Below, piece by piece: positions 51,120 through 64,000 of a stretch of 64,000 bases of DNA (its first letter is position 1; each line of letters begins with the position of its first letter). The notes below the pieces were generated by a model. That model had not been told where the DNA came from. It did not search any database and worked only from the letters and a program-made list of their open reading frames with translations. Origin of the DNA: Pristiophorus japonicus (taxonomy: Eukaryota). A program made the position numbers and the translations under genes. The stretch is taken from positions 110,174,001 through 110,238,000 of the forward strand of contig NC_091979.1 of assembly GCF_044704955.1 (NCBI RefSeq), in the 5' to 3' direction.

Positions 51120-51544
51120 TATGGGTCCGATCTTCAACCACTCATTCTGGGTGGGAGCAAGTCAGAGGCTCATCTTATGGGTCTGCACCTCGGCCTGCCG
51201 AAAGCAGACAACCGGAGGTCCAGGATGCATGGTACCACGAGGACGGTCACTCTAGCTGCCTGCTTCTCTGTTGTCCATGCATAGGTGGCCCTGGAAAGGG
51301 ACCATGCAGTGTGTATACTTGAGGTCCTGCATAACCAGTATAACTGATTATAATGATAATATCCTGATTTAGTTTTACTTTCCATTTAATTGGACCTCAT
51401 GTTGGACTATTTTATTAATAGTGCCCTCCTCAGATTGAAGGGGCATTTGAGATGTTGATTTCTGTCCAGTGCCACCCCAAGTGGTCGAATTAAAATAGGC
51501 ATGATAGCTCTAGTTCAGAGTATGCATGACTTGAAATAGGTAAT

Positions 51545-51756
51545 TGTTATATATGTAAGCTTGTATTTACTCTGTACAGCCACCAGAGGGCTCATCCACT
51601 GGAGTCCCAAGGGATCCCATAATCCCTTGGGAGCACAAGTATTTAAAGAGGCCTCACAGGTTGGAGAAGCACTCTGGAGACCTGCAATAAAAGACTAATG
51701 TCACACTTTACTTTGAGCTCACAGTGTTCAGTCTGACTCTTTCTCCATACATAACA
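51545..51756 (+). repeat. 5' LTR
   Basis: Direct repeat of 54924-55133 with about 12 substitutions and one 2-bp indel by eye. Contains TATTTAA and AATAAA. Confidence 0.95.
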
Positions 51757-53074
51757 ACTGGCGACGAGATACAAATAGCGAACACAAAGATGCAGTGAAC
51801 AGTGGGCATCATGGAGAAATTCTTGGAGGGAGATGATTGGGAAACTTTTGTAGAGCGACTCGGCCAATACTTCATGGCCAACGAGCGAGATGGGGAAGAG
51901 AGCGCTGCCAAACAAAGGGCGATCCTCCTCACCGTCTGTGGGACATCAAAGTATGGCCTCATGAAGAATCTGCTCACGCCAGCGAAATCCACGGAGAAAT
52001 CGTACGACGATTTGTGCACACTGGTCTGAGAGCATTTGAACCCGAAGGAAAGCATTCTGATGGTGAGGTACTGGTTCTACACCTACAAAAGGTCTGAAGG
52101 CCACGAAGTAGCGAGTTATGTCGCTGAGCTAAGACGCCTTGCAAGGAGACTATGGTGAAATGGAACACCTCCAACGAGTGTGCAGGCGAGCTGCAAAGCC
52201 CGTTAAACCTGCAAAGCACCATGTTGCAGAGGAGGACAGATCCACGGAGAATCACCATGAACCAGAGCCTCAGATCGAGGAGGTAGAGGTACATGGGGTA
52301 TACACATTCACCACGAACTGTCCCCCGATAATGCTGAATGTTGAACTAAAAGGACTCCCGGTGTCAATGGAGCTGGACACAGGCATGAGCCAGTCCATCA
52401 TGGGCAAAAAGACTTTCGAAAGATTGTGGTGCAACAAGGCCTCAAGGCCAGTCTTAACTCCAGTTCGCACGAAACTAAGAACTTACACAAAAGAACTGAT
52501 TCCTGTAATCGGCAGTGCTACCATAAAGGTCTCCTACGATGGAGCGGTGCACAAGCGACCACTCTGGGTGGTATCGGGCGATGGTCCCATGCTGCTCGGC
52601 AGGAGCTGGCTGGGAAAGATACGCTGGAACTGGGACGACGTCCAAGCACTATCGCCCGCTGACGACACTTCGTGTGCCCAGGTCTTTCACAAATTTCCTT
52701 CGCTGTTCGAACCAGGCATCGGGAAATTCCAAGGAGCAAAAGTGCAGATCCACCTAATTCCAGGGGCGCGACCCATCCATCACAAGGCAAGAGCAGTACC
52801 GTACATGATGAGAGAAAGGGTAGAGATCGAGCTAGACTGGCTGCAAAGAGAGGGCATCATTTCACCAATCGAATTCAACGAGTGGGCCAGTCCTATCATC
52901 CTAGTCCTCAAGGGAGACGGCACCGTCAGTATCTGTGGCGATTACAAAGCAACTCTCAATTGTTTCTCCCTGCAGGACCAATACCCACTACCAAAGGCCG
53001 ATGACCTCTTTGCAACGGTGGCTGGAGGAAAGATGTTCACAAAGCTGGATCTGACTTCAGCCTATATGACGTAG

Positions 53075-53737
<663 letters not shown>

Positions 53738-54923
53738 GTCAAAAATCTAATTTTACCTTCAGTATCTGAATCATCTAATGGGCAGACCACACCAACAGAC
53801 CTTAATAATTCTTGGTCTGCAATCCAGAGCTATGAGATTCCTGTGTTCACAGATGTAATACATGCTCGCAGTTAAGCAATGTACCCAGGGAGGCGCCGCT
53901 AAGTTTATGGTCTTGGCCCTCCAAACCATGGTCTAGGGTACATGCCGACTATGCAGGCCCATTCTTGGGTAAAATTTTCCTCGTGGTTGTAGACGCGTAC
54001 TCCAAGTGGATTGAATGTGAGATAATGTCGGCTAGCACGTCCGCTGCCACTACTGAAAGCCTGCGGGCCATGTTTGCCACTCACGGCTTACCCGATGTCC
54101 TGGTGAGCGACAACCGGCCATGTTTTACCAGTGCTGAGTTCAAAGAATTCATGACCCGTAACGGGATCAAACATGTCACATCTGCCCCGTTTAAACCAGC
54201 GTCCAATGGTCAGGCAGAGAGAACAGTGCAAACCATCAAGCAAGGCTTGAAGAGGGTAACTGAAGGCTCACTGCAGACTCGCCTATCCCGAGTCCTGCTT
54301 AGCTACCGCACGAGACCCCACTCGCTCACTGGGATCCCACCTGCTGAACTGCTCATGAAAAGAGCACTTAAGACAAGGCTCTCGTTAGTTCACCCTGATC
54401 TACATGAACAGGTAGAGAGCAGGCGGCTTCAACAACGTGCATACCATGATAGCGCAAATGTGTAATGCGAGATTGAAATCAATGATCCTGTATTTGTATT
54501 GAATTATGGACAAGGTCCTAAGTGGCTTCCTGGCACCGTTGTGGCCAAAGAGGGGAGCAGGTTGTTTCGGGTCAAACTTTCAAATGGACTAATTCACCGG
54601 AAACACTTGGACCAAATTAAACTCAGATTTACGGACTATCCTGAGCAACCCACCTTGGACCCTACCTTTTTTGATCCCCCAACATACACACCAGTGGCAA
54701 CCAGCACCACAGTTGACCTTGAAGCAGAACCCATCATCCACAGCAGCCCAGCAGGACCCAACACACCAGTCAGCCCAGCAAGGCCAGCTGCACAGCAGCC
54801 AGCGAGGGCCCAACAAATGATTCAACAATACCAGCTTTCACACCGAAACCATCAACCAGGGCAAGAAGGGCCCCAGATCAACTCACATTATAAATAGTTA
54901 CATTATTGGCTTGGGGGGAGTGT

Positions 54924-55133
54924 TGTTATATATGTAAGCTTGTATTTACTCTGTACAGCCACCAGAGGGCTCATCCCCTAGAGTCGCAAGGGATCCCATA
55001 ATCCCTTTGGAGCACAAGTATTTAAGGAGGCCTCACAGGTTGGAGAGGCACTCTGGAGACCTGCAATAAAAAACTACGGTCACACTTTACTTTGAGCTCA
55101 ATGTTCAGTCTGACTCTTTCTCCATGCACAACA
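54924..55133 (+). repeat. 3' LTR
   Basis: Direct repeat of the 5' LTR, followed by the TSD GTAAT. Confidence 0.95.
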
Positions 55134-55234
55134 GTAATGTCCTGGTAAGAGAAATTATTGCCTTCAGAAAGAAACTAGAAAGGAGGCTGATTTAAAAAAA
55201 ATTGTTAAAGAAGAACAATTAAGGAATCCGCAAA

Positions 55235-55560
55235 TGGGTCAGCGAGTTTATCCAGTGAGTTGATGAGCCATCTAGATCAAGGCAGCCCCAGATTAATCAC
55301 CTGTTTGTGCTGAGTTAGCTGACCTTAGCGAGGGCAGTGGTACGGGGCTACAGTTAACCTCAGCAACCCTTGGTTAGGAAGAGGAAATTGGAAACCCTGC
55401 CAGAAGAATACATGCAAAACTGTCAGGTGAGTACAGGATCAGGCTTTCTGTGGTGGCCCCTCCCTTGTTCAAATAGCCTGCAGTCGTTTAATGTGAGGTC
55501 CTATGAAACTGTAACTCAGCATGAAGTCAATACTCTCAGGAGGTAGAAGGGAAAAAAATT
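55235..55560 (+). mobile_element. LF-SINE-like ancient SINE
   Basis: tgtgctgagttagctgacc...ggggctacagtt..cctcagc..ccct, ggtgagtacaggatcaggct, aatagcctgc, cagcatga.gtca...tcaggag follow the LF-SINE consensus order as I recall it. Confidence 0.65.
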
Positions 55561-56479
55561 TGTGGTAAAAAGACTATTTCCAATTTTATTAAAATAATAT
55601 TCCCATCGATTTTTTTTTAAACTCTGACAAAATAATTAAATTAATTTACAACTTAATTTGTAGATTTTAGTTACAATTGGATTAGGGAGGCATAGGACTT
55701 TTTAAACATTTTATTGTTACAATGTTGACATAGGTGGTTCAACAACTTTGCTGCAGTATTTTTGATGCATGCAAGCATTTCATTGCAACATAGGTGCTGA
55801 TTTGTTTTTACAACATGTATGCTTTCAGAATTCTGGAGGGCCCATTTTTGTAATCCAGGTTTAAAGAATTTTAACAGTTTAATTTTGAATTAAAAATACA
55901 TTGCGGTAAAAGTCAATCCAGAATATGAAAACTTTATGACGATCTGTTTTTCTGTTTTCTCTCTAGGGAGTTCTTAATACTGTTTATTGAAGCAGAAGTA
56001 AAACTGCATACATGAGAGAAACCTCTGGACAATGATTTTTAATTCTTCTCCTGGTTCTCTCCTGCAGATGTTGCAAGCTCATCAAAAATAGGAACACATT
56101 GTGGGAAACATTCACAAGTTTGATTGCAGTAATTGCAACAAAACATGCCAGTTAAACCAATTTTGTTGCAATGCTCTCAGATTCAGTGTACATACTGCTC
56201 GACAACTAGGATATGTCACTTCTTCCTGTGCACAGGAGGCATTTTCACACAATGCCTTCAGGGTTGCTAATGCTGCATTTTGTACATTTCAGTGTATTTG
56301 TAGCACCAGAGGGAAAGCATTAAGTACTACTTACAAAGTGTCTTTTGCATTACTAAAACTACAATTTATGGCTGAACTGGGGAAATAAATTCTGTAGAAA
56401 GATGCAGCATGTAAAAGTATATTAAACAGTATTTCACCGATTTAATATATATTCGGGGGTAATTTTAACTTTTGGCATT

Positions 56480-58430
56480 TTTAAAAATTTGTTCTTGGGA
56501 TGTGGGCATCGCTGGCAAAGCCAGCTTTTATTACACATCCCTAATTGTCCTCAAGAAGGTGGTGTTAAGCCATCTTCTTGAATCGCTGTAGTCCTTATGG
56601 TGAAGGTACTCCCATAGTGTCATTAGGGAGAGAGTTCCAAGATTTTGATCCAGCGACGATGAAGGAACAACGATACATTTCCAAGTCGAATGGTGTGTAA
56701 CTTGGAGTTGATGGTGTTCTCATGCTCCTGCTGCCCTTGTCTTTCTAGGAGGTAGAGGTCGAGTGTTTGGGAGGTACTGTCGAAGAAGCTGTGGCAAGTA
56801 CATCTTGCAGATGGTATATACTGCAACCACGGTGCGCTGGTGGTGGAGTGAGTGAGTGAATGTTTAAGGTGGTAGATGGGGTGCCAATCAAGCGGGTTGC
56901 TTTGTCCTGGATGGTGGCAAACTTCTTGAGCATTGTTGGAACTGCACTCATCCAGGCAAACGGAGAGTGTTACATCACACTCCTGACGTGCCTCGTAGAT
57001 GGTGGAAAGGCTTTGGGGAGTCAGGAGGTGAGACACTTGCCGGAGAAAACCCATCCTCTGACCTGCTCTTGTGGCTACATTATTTATGTGGCTGGTCAAT
57101 GGTGACCCTCAGTGTGTTGATGATGGGGGATTTGGCGATAGTAATGCCGTTGAGAATGTCAAGAGGCAGTGATTAGACTCTCACTTGCGGGAGATAGTCA
57201 TTGCCTGGCACTGAGTGGCGCGAATGTTACTTGCCACTTATCAGTCCAAGCCTGAATATTGTACAGGTCTTGTTGCATGCAGACACAGACTGCTTCATTA
57301 TCTGAGGAATTGCGAATGGAACTGAACACTATGCAATCATCAGTGAACATTCCCACTTCTGATCTTATGATGGAGGGAAGGTCATTGATGAAGAGTTGAA
57401 GATGGTTAGGCCTAGGACACTGTCCTGAGGAACACTCCTGCAGCAATGTCCTGGGACTGAGATGAGTGACCTCCAACAACCACAACCATTTTCCTTTGTG
57501 CTAGGTATGACTCCAGTCAGTGGAGAGTTTTCCCCCTGATCCCCATTGACTTCAGTTTTACTATGGCTCCTTGATGCCACGCTTGGTCAAATGCTGCCTT
57601 GATGTCAAGGGCAGTCACTCTCACCTCACCTCTGGAATTCAGCTCTTTTGTCCTTATTTGGACTAAGGCTGTAATACGGTCTGGAGCCGAGTGGTCCTGC
57701 CAGAATCCAAACTGAGCATTAGTGAGCAGGTTATTGGTGAGTAAGTGTCGCTTGATAGCACTGTCGATGACATCTTCCTTCACTTGGCTGGTGATTGAGA
57801 GTAGACTGATGGGGCGATAATTGGCTGGATTGGATTTGTCCTGCTTTTTGTGGACAGGACATACCTTGTTTTTCACATTGTCAGGTAGATGCCAGTGCTG
57901 TAGCTGTAGTGAAACAGCTTGGCGAGTGGTGCGGCTAGTTCTGGAGCACAAGTCTTCAGCACGACAGCTGAAATGCTTTTGGGGCCAATAGACTGCTGTA
58001 TCCAGTGCGCTCAGCTGCTTCTTGATATCACGTGAAGGGAATCTAATTGGCTACAGACTGGCTTCTGTGATGGTGGGGACCTCAGGAGGAGGCCGATATG
58101 GATCATCCACTCAGCACTTCTGGTTGAAGATGGTTGTAAACACTTGAGCCTTGTCTTTTGCACTTGCGTGCTGGGTTCTGCCAACATTGAGAATGGGGAT
58201 ATTCACGAAGCCTCCTCCTCCCATTAGTTGTTTAATGATCCCCATCATTCACGACTGAATGTGGCAGGACTGCAGAGCTTTGATCTGATCCGTTGATTGT
58301 GGGATAGTTTAGCTCTGTCTGTCGCATGCTGTTTCTGCTGTTTAGCATGCATGTAGTCCTGTGTTGCAGCTTCCCCAGGTTGGCACCTCTTTTTTAGGTA
58401 CGTCTGGTGCTACTCCTGGCATGCTCTTCT
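56480..58430 (-). mobile_element. CR1-group LINE (distinct family), ORF2 3' portion
   Basis: PVHKKQDKSNPANYRPISLLS, QFGF, ALDIKAAFD, VPQDSVLG, FTDD. 3' end near 56480. Confidence 0.85.
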
Positions 58431-58575
58431 GATGATGTTCAATGGGCGATATCGGGTCAGGTGACTGTATATCAAGAAGTAACACTGTAAATGTAGTAAT
58501 ACTGTAGATGTATCTTTGGCAGATGAGCTGGACTCTGGGCATCTATCAAATAAATTGTGAGGAAACATTACTTAC

Positions 58576-58641
58576 TGTGAAATGAAGTGGTTGAATGCTG
58601 TACACCATTTTTCCGGGTGCAACAAAGTAGGTGGTGGATTT
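58576..58641 (-). CDS. MYO3B: MYO3B coding exon (kinase: (R)[21 protein letters not shown](Q))
   Basis: Acceptor tgttttccag|A and donor CA|gtaagt. 66 bp. [20 protein letters not shown] matches MYO3B rather than MYO3A as I recall the paralogues. Confidence 0.95.
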
Positions 58642-58850
58642 CTGGAAAACAAAGACAAAATCAGAAGGCAAATTATAAGATAATAGATTCATTCTTCATC
58701 CGTATTTAACTGGAGAGCTTGTTTGAGTACAAACTACGCACTACTAACTGTGCAATCTTCATTTATGATGAATAAACTGAGAAATCTCAATTTTAAATTA
58801 AAATAACAATTCTGAAGGAAATACAGTACCTAGTGTAATGGAGAAATCTA

Positions 58851-59649
58851 GGCCCCAAGTTTCCACACGCTACAAAACGGGCGCCCCTCCGAGCTGGGCG
58901 CCCGTTTTTCGCGCCAAAAACGGCGCCGGAAAAAAAACACGCGATTCTGGAGCGCCCTGCAGCTCCATGTCTGCTTGGCGCGGCGCCCAGGGGGCGGAGC
59001 CTACACTCGCGCCTATTTTGTAAGTGGGAGGGGGCGGGTACCATTTAAATTAGTTTTTTTCCTGCCGGCAACCCTGCCTCCTCCCCCCACCGCGGGAACG
59101 AACGGCTTCCTCCCTCCCCCCCCCCCGTCGCGGGAACGGCTGCCTCAACTTGTGAGGCTTCCTGCAGCATTCTCCCTGGCTGAAGCACTTTCACACAGGT
59201 AGGAAGATGGTTTATTTAATCTTTTCTTTGCTTATAAATGTTTATTCAGGTTGGATTTATTTGTATAATATTTGTAGAAGTATAAATAAGGATTTATTAT
59301 AGAATTTAATGACTTCCCTTCCCCCCCCCCACCTCGTTCTGGACGCCTAATTTGTAATCTGTGCCTGATTTTTTAATGTGTAGACAAGGTTTTTTCAGTT
59401 CTACAAAAATCTTCACTTGCTCCATTCTAAGTTAGTTTGGAGTACGTTTTCACTGTGGAAACTTTGAAATCAGGCATCAGTGGCCGGACACGCCCCCTTT
59501 TGAAGAAAAAATTCTGTTCCAAAGTGAAACTGTTCTAAATGACTAGAACTGCAGAAAAAAAAATGTGGAGAATTGCGATTTCTAAGATAGTCTGTTCTCG
59601 GCCAGTTGCTCCTAAAAATCAGGCACAAATCATGTGGAAACTTGGGGCC
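58851..59649. mobile_element. Harbinger-like MITE related to 49916-51119 (opposite orientation)
   Basis: Perfect 17-bp TIR GGCCCCAAGTTTCCACA. Flanks CTA/ATA. Subterminal similarity to 49916-50080. Confidence 0.8.
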
Positions 59650-61530
59650 ATAGTAACCAAAACCTGAAATGGTTCAATATATTTTATAACATTTTACCAA
59701 AGTCTTTGCAAACTTTTTCACAAGCAACTTGGCTAACGTATCAGAAATGTAAAACTGTGATCAATGAGGCTGATAAGATACTCAAATAAATCTCAATGCC
59801 ACTTGACTTTAAGCCAAAACATGTTATCGAAAATTGGTATAAATCATTATTACAGCAATATTTTGAACAGTATGCACAATTTTGGGCACCCCATTTCCAA
59901 AAAGGACACTGATAAATAGGGTAACACAGACAAGAGAGAGAGCAATAATTATAGCTACCTAATAGTTGTCAGTTATGAATAGAACTGACAGAACTGAACT
60001 TGTTTTCATTGCAGTAAAAAAAAAGCTGAAAGAGCATAGCAAGATTTTAAAAGGAATGAATAATGTAAATGTAATCAGGAATTTTAAACTGTGATTGAAT
60101 AAAGAGCAAATGCAAAATATATTCTTAAATGAGACAAGAAAAATATTTGCCATAAATATGTAAAATAAGCTACTATTAAAAATCAGTCAATGATTAATTG
60201 TTTTCTAACGATCTGGATGAAAATCTTGTGAAGAATGGAACTGACAATTGTCATGATAAGTGACTAATAAAATACTTGGGATCATGATGGATTTTATGCT
60301 TCTGGGCCCATGAAAATGTCAGCGATGGAACAAAGTGGTTAGGGTCAAATAATATAAATTGTAGTTTCAGAGTAACATCCCAGAGCTTCAATAAATTATC
60401 TCAAGGGATCAGACAGAAATTTCACAGACTATTTACCTGTGATTCTTTACCTCCCTTCAAAGATTATGGTCTACATTTTCCTCTTCCTGCATCTGGGTGA
60501 GTTGGACTGCCTGAGGACACCAGTAAAGGAGCCTGCCTGATTTTCTGTTCATTAATTTAAATGGAAAGAAATTTTGGCAGACTCCCTTATGGACAAGCGA
60601 TGTTCCCCACGCAATTTTCTTCCATGCGAGCAAACAGTCTAATGCAACCAGGCACAGGAAAAAGAAAATCTACCATAGGTGTTAGATAGAATCAACTGTA
60701 GTTTGCTCGAAGGAACAAGATTGAAGGGATGAAGGACCAAATCTGGTTTCACATTTTTGTTCTTAATCTGTCATCAACTACTATAGCTGAATTATCAAGT
60801 TCTAACTATAATTAAGTCAATTTCTTTATTTGGTTATCAATATAAACGACAAAGCTAAAAATATGACAGTAAAGTAGTTCAAACATTATTTCAGTTGTTT
60901 AGGGCTTTAGGCCCAGAGTATTGCCCCACAACTGGTGGGACTCTCACTCGTGTCCCACCAGCATTATTTAAATTACCTGACCCTAGGATTTCTGATGGAG
61001 TTAGCCGACTTCAATTTCACCGGACAAAAGAGCTGCTCCCCCGCACTTACACAGCCAGACCAATAACCCAGGAATTTCCAGGCCATGATATTACTGTAGC
61101 GAATGAGGGACAAGTCCTAACAGTTTGTTGAAAAAATTAATTGTTCACATTAATAACTAATCATAAACTTTACTTAGAAGGCTGTAACCAAGCAGAAATT
61201 CAATATTGTAATATCCTCATATCTATTTTGAAAAAAAATGTATGTTTTCATAAATACTTGATTTCCATGCATTTCACTTATTGCGAATAGAGAAATTTGC
61301 CTGGGATACAGTGGGAAAAGTTAATTAAAAACCAACAGGTTTATAAAACCTCCTGATATTTTACTTGAATTCATACGTCTATTGCAAACTCTGAATTTTG
61401 TTTTGCCTGCAGCTAAACTGGCAGATTTTTTTTAACCTAGTTATAATGCACCCACACCAGCCCTGAAAACTATGCAAGTGTCTCTTGGCTGTGAAAACAT
61501 TCATCAACTAAGACAGTAGATAATGTTTTC

Positions 61531-61596
61531 TGAGGAAGTGTAAAATAGCTCTGTCTGACTTACTTAAGTGAGACAGAGCTATTTTACACTTCCTCA
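61531..61596. repeat. Near-perfect 66-bp inverted repeat (hairpin)
   Basis: TGAGGAAGTGTAAAATAGCTCTGTCT (61531-61556) pairs perfectly with 61571-61596. The 14-nt spacer is itself partly self-complementary. Confidence 0.92.
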
Positions 61597-61921
61597 TTAA
61601 TATAAACAAACTAGAGTGTGGAAGCAGCAGTACCAAGTTATGCACATATTCTAAAGTATCATTGGATAAATACTGTCATCTGGAAAAACACAGATTAATC
61701 AAGCTAGCAGCAGTATATAGTTGAAACTAGTAGTTTCCCAATCTGTAGGAAAGCAAGAATTTAGACTGAACAAATTACAATAAAGGTAAGTTACAAAAAA
61801 TAACACATTGCATGCACTCCTTTTTCCATAATCTATTAAATATTTCCTCTTCATAAATATTTCTGGTGCAGGGTTGTAGACAGAGCAATTCTTCCACCAA
61901 TATTTTACCAGAAGAGATATC

Positions 61922-62815
61922 GGGGTCGAAATTGCCCACTGCCCGAAATGAGTCGTACCTACTGCTCTTGAAGTGTCCTGACTGCCCCAATGTATGGGGC
62001 GGCCATACTGGAGAAATTCATAACTTCATGCTTTTTTTTGGAGCAGGATGGAAGTGGCCTCATCATCAGGGCGGAAGTGGGGACGGGTAGAGTGGCCGTC
62101 ACTAACGGGGAGGAAGTGGGGGCGGGGTAGAGTGGCCGTCACTAGGGGGGAGGAAGTGGGGGCGGGGTAGAGTGGCCGTCACTAGCGGGGAGGAAGTGGG
62201 GGCGGGTCGGAGTAGCTCACGCTCGAAGTCGTCAGCGCCGCACTGATGATGTCATCATGCTGGCATGTCACAACGTCTCTCCCCATCAGTTAAAGGGGAG
62301 AGCCGCTGGGAACTGTGCAGCCACTTTAGTGGCAAACACTGGAAACCAGGGAGGGTTTCGGCCGAGCCAGCAGCCTGGCACCCAAGAGTGGGTGCCAAGC
62401 TGCCTGTTGGCGGCCCGGCCGAACCCGTAGCCATAATTGTTGGCCTGACCTGGCAGTCAGCCGACAAAAAAAAAATAACATGGCGTCACTGGCAGTGCCA
62501 CCCCGCCAAGCCACAGAAAGGGTACCGACAGCAAAAGCTAGGGTGGCGCCCCTCCCACAGGGAAATTCTGGGAAAGGAGCAATTTACCATGGGGCAATTT
62601 CGGGAAGGGTTCACCGCCGGTCGGTAAGGGGTCGGCGCGTGCACGCCATGGTGGGAAAACGGGTGGAGCGGTCCCTTACACTGCTCCAAACCTGAGGAAG
62701 GGCAATTTTTTAAATGGAGGCCCTTCTGCGGAGATTCGGCGGCCATTCCGCACTGACCCATGGCTGCCACTTTCAGGTAGCCACGGGCCTTATAGAAAGG
62801 AGCAATTTCGGCCTC
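61922..62815. mobile_element. Harbinger-like MITE with internal 40-bp tandem repeat (about 62073-62206)
   Basis: Ends GGGGTCGAAATTGC / GCAATTTCGGCCTC. About 3.3 copies of GGGGAGGAAGTGGGGGCGGGGTAGAGTGGCCGTCACTA(A/G)N. Confidence 0.7.
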
Positions 62816-63199
62816 AACAAGTGTAGTTACTGATATCGATGAATTAGAAATATTGGAGATCTTCCCAATTTTATTTTCAGATTTGTATTCCAGGGGATGA
62901 GTTAAGTTACAGTTTAGCAACCAAATATTCTTCTCTCATACACTTCTTTTTACTTATGTGTTACCATATCCCATGGAGTACAATGCTGTACACAGATATA
63001 TATATACCACACTGTTTTGTTCCTGCTCCAGTCATCTTTCTTTAACTGTTGCCTACTACAAAGTTCTATCTATTAATAACCGGTGTTAAATCTTAATCTA
63101 TGGCATTCACTCAAAGCATGTCAGTCAGCTGACCTTCTGTAGCTACTCCTTTAGGATTCCTGATGTGCTGTTGCCAAATTCACATTACTCTTTCAATAC

Positions 63200-63770
63200 C
63201 ACCTGGAGCTGGAGAAATACCACTAACGATGTCTCTGCAAGATCCTGCAAATCCCCAGGGAGGACAGACGCACCAACGTTAGCGTCCTCAATCAGGCCAA
63301 CATCCCCAGCATCGAAGCACTGACCACTCGCGACCAGCTCTGTTGGGCGGGCCACATTGTTCGCATGCCTGACACAAAACTCCCAAAGCAAGCGAGCCCA
63401 AGGTGGGCAGAGGAAACGTTTCAAGGACACCCTCAAAGCATCCTTGATAAAATGCAACATCCCCATCGACACCTTGGAGTCCCTAGCCAAAGACTGCCCT
63501 AAGTGGAGGAAGTGCATCCAGGAGGGCGTTGAGCATCTCGAGTCTCATCACCGAGAGCATGCAGAAACGAAATGCAGGCAGCGGAAGGAGCGTGCGGCAA
63601 ACCAGCCCCACCCATCCTTTTCTCCAACCTGTGACAGTCTGTCCCACCTGTGACACATACTGTAATTCCCATATTGGACTGTTCAGTCACCTAAGAACTC
63701 ACTTTTCGAGTGGAAGCAAGTTTTCTTCGATTTCGAGGGACTGCCTATGATGATGATGATATGATGATTC
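63200..63770 (+). mobile_element. RTE-clade LINE 3' end
   Basis: GGQRKRFKDTLKASLIKCNIP. Tail gactgcctatgatgatgatgat. Confidence 0.88.
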
Positions 63771-64000
63771 TTTCAAGGTATTTTAAAACAAAAAGCATGA
63801 ATATGTTCTCATAGCAAACAATTTGATTTTAGATCATATTACTATTGCAGTTTTATCTAAGATTGCTTACATTGGTCAGTTTTCTTCTTAAATATATTTG
63901 AAGGTTTTTGAAGTAATGTCTTTAATAAAACTGTCCAACACCTCATGGCAGGTATGGAAAACATAATTAAAAACTCAAAAAACTTATTGATTAAGTGTCA

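Overview
Eukaryotic, repeat-rich vertebrate genomic DNA. The repeat content (CR1, RTE, L2, Penelope-like, LF-SINE, Harbinger MITEs) looks like a cartilaginous fish, but that is inference. The whole window lies inside a myosin IIIB (MYO3B) gene on the minus strand. Nine consecutive coding exons, from the end of the kinase domain through the first part of the motor domain including the P-loop, can be read with canonical GT-AG sites and consistent phases. Most ORFs in the supplied track are transposon remnants or noise. Two intronic elements carry pieces of unrelated host genes. (1) A 1,629-bp non-autonomous hAT-type DNA element (CAGTGGCRTAA terminal inverted repeats, exact 8-bp TSD GATTTACC) is filled almost entirely by the 5' part of SNX18, making it a Pack-TIR/Pack-hAT. 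(2) A Gypsy (Mag-like) LTR retrotransposon with both LTRs and a 5-bp TSD has its integrase zinc finger interrupted by a sense, intronless PSMB2 fragment followed by about 100 bp of possibly a second gene. Also present: a 66-bp near-perfect hairpin, Penelope-associated minimal hammerhead motifs, nested and inverted LINE insertions, and a telomere-like minisatellite.
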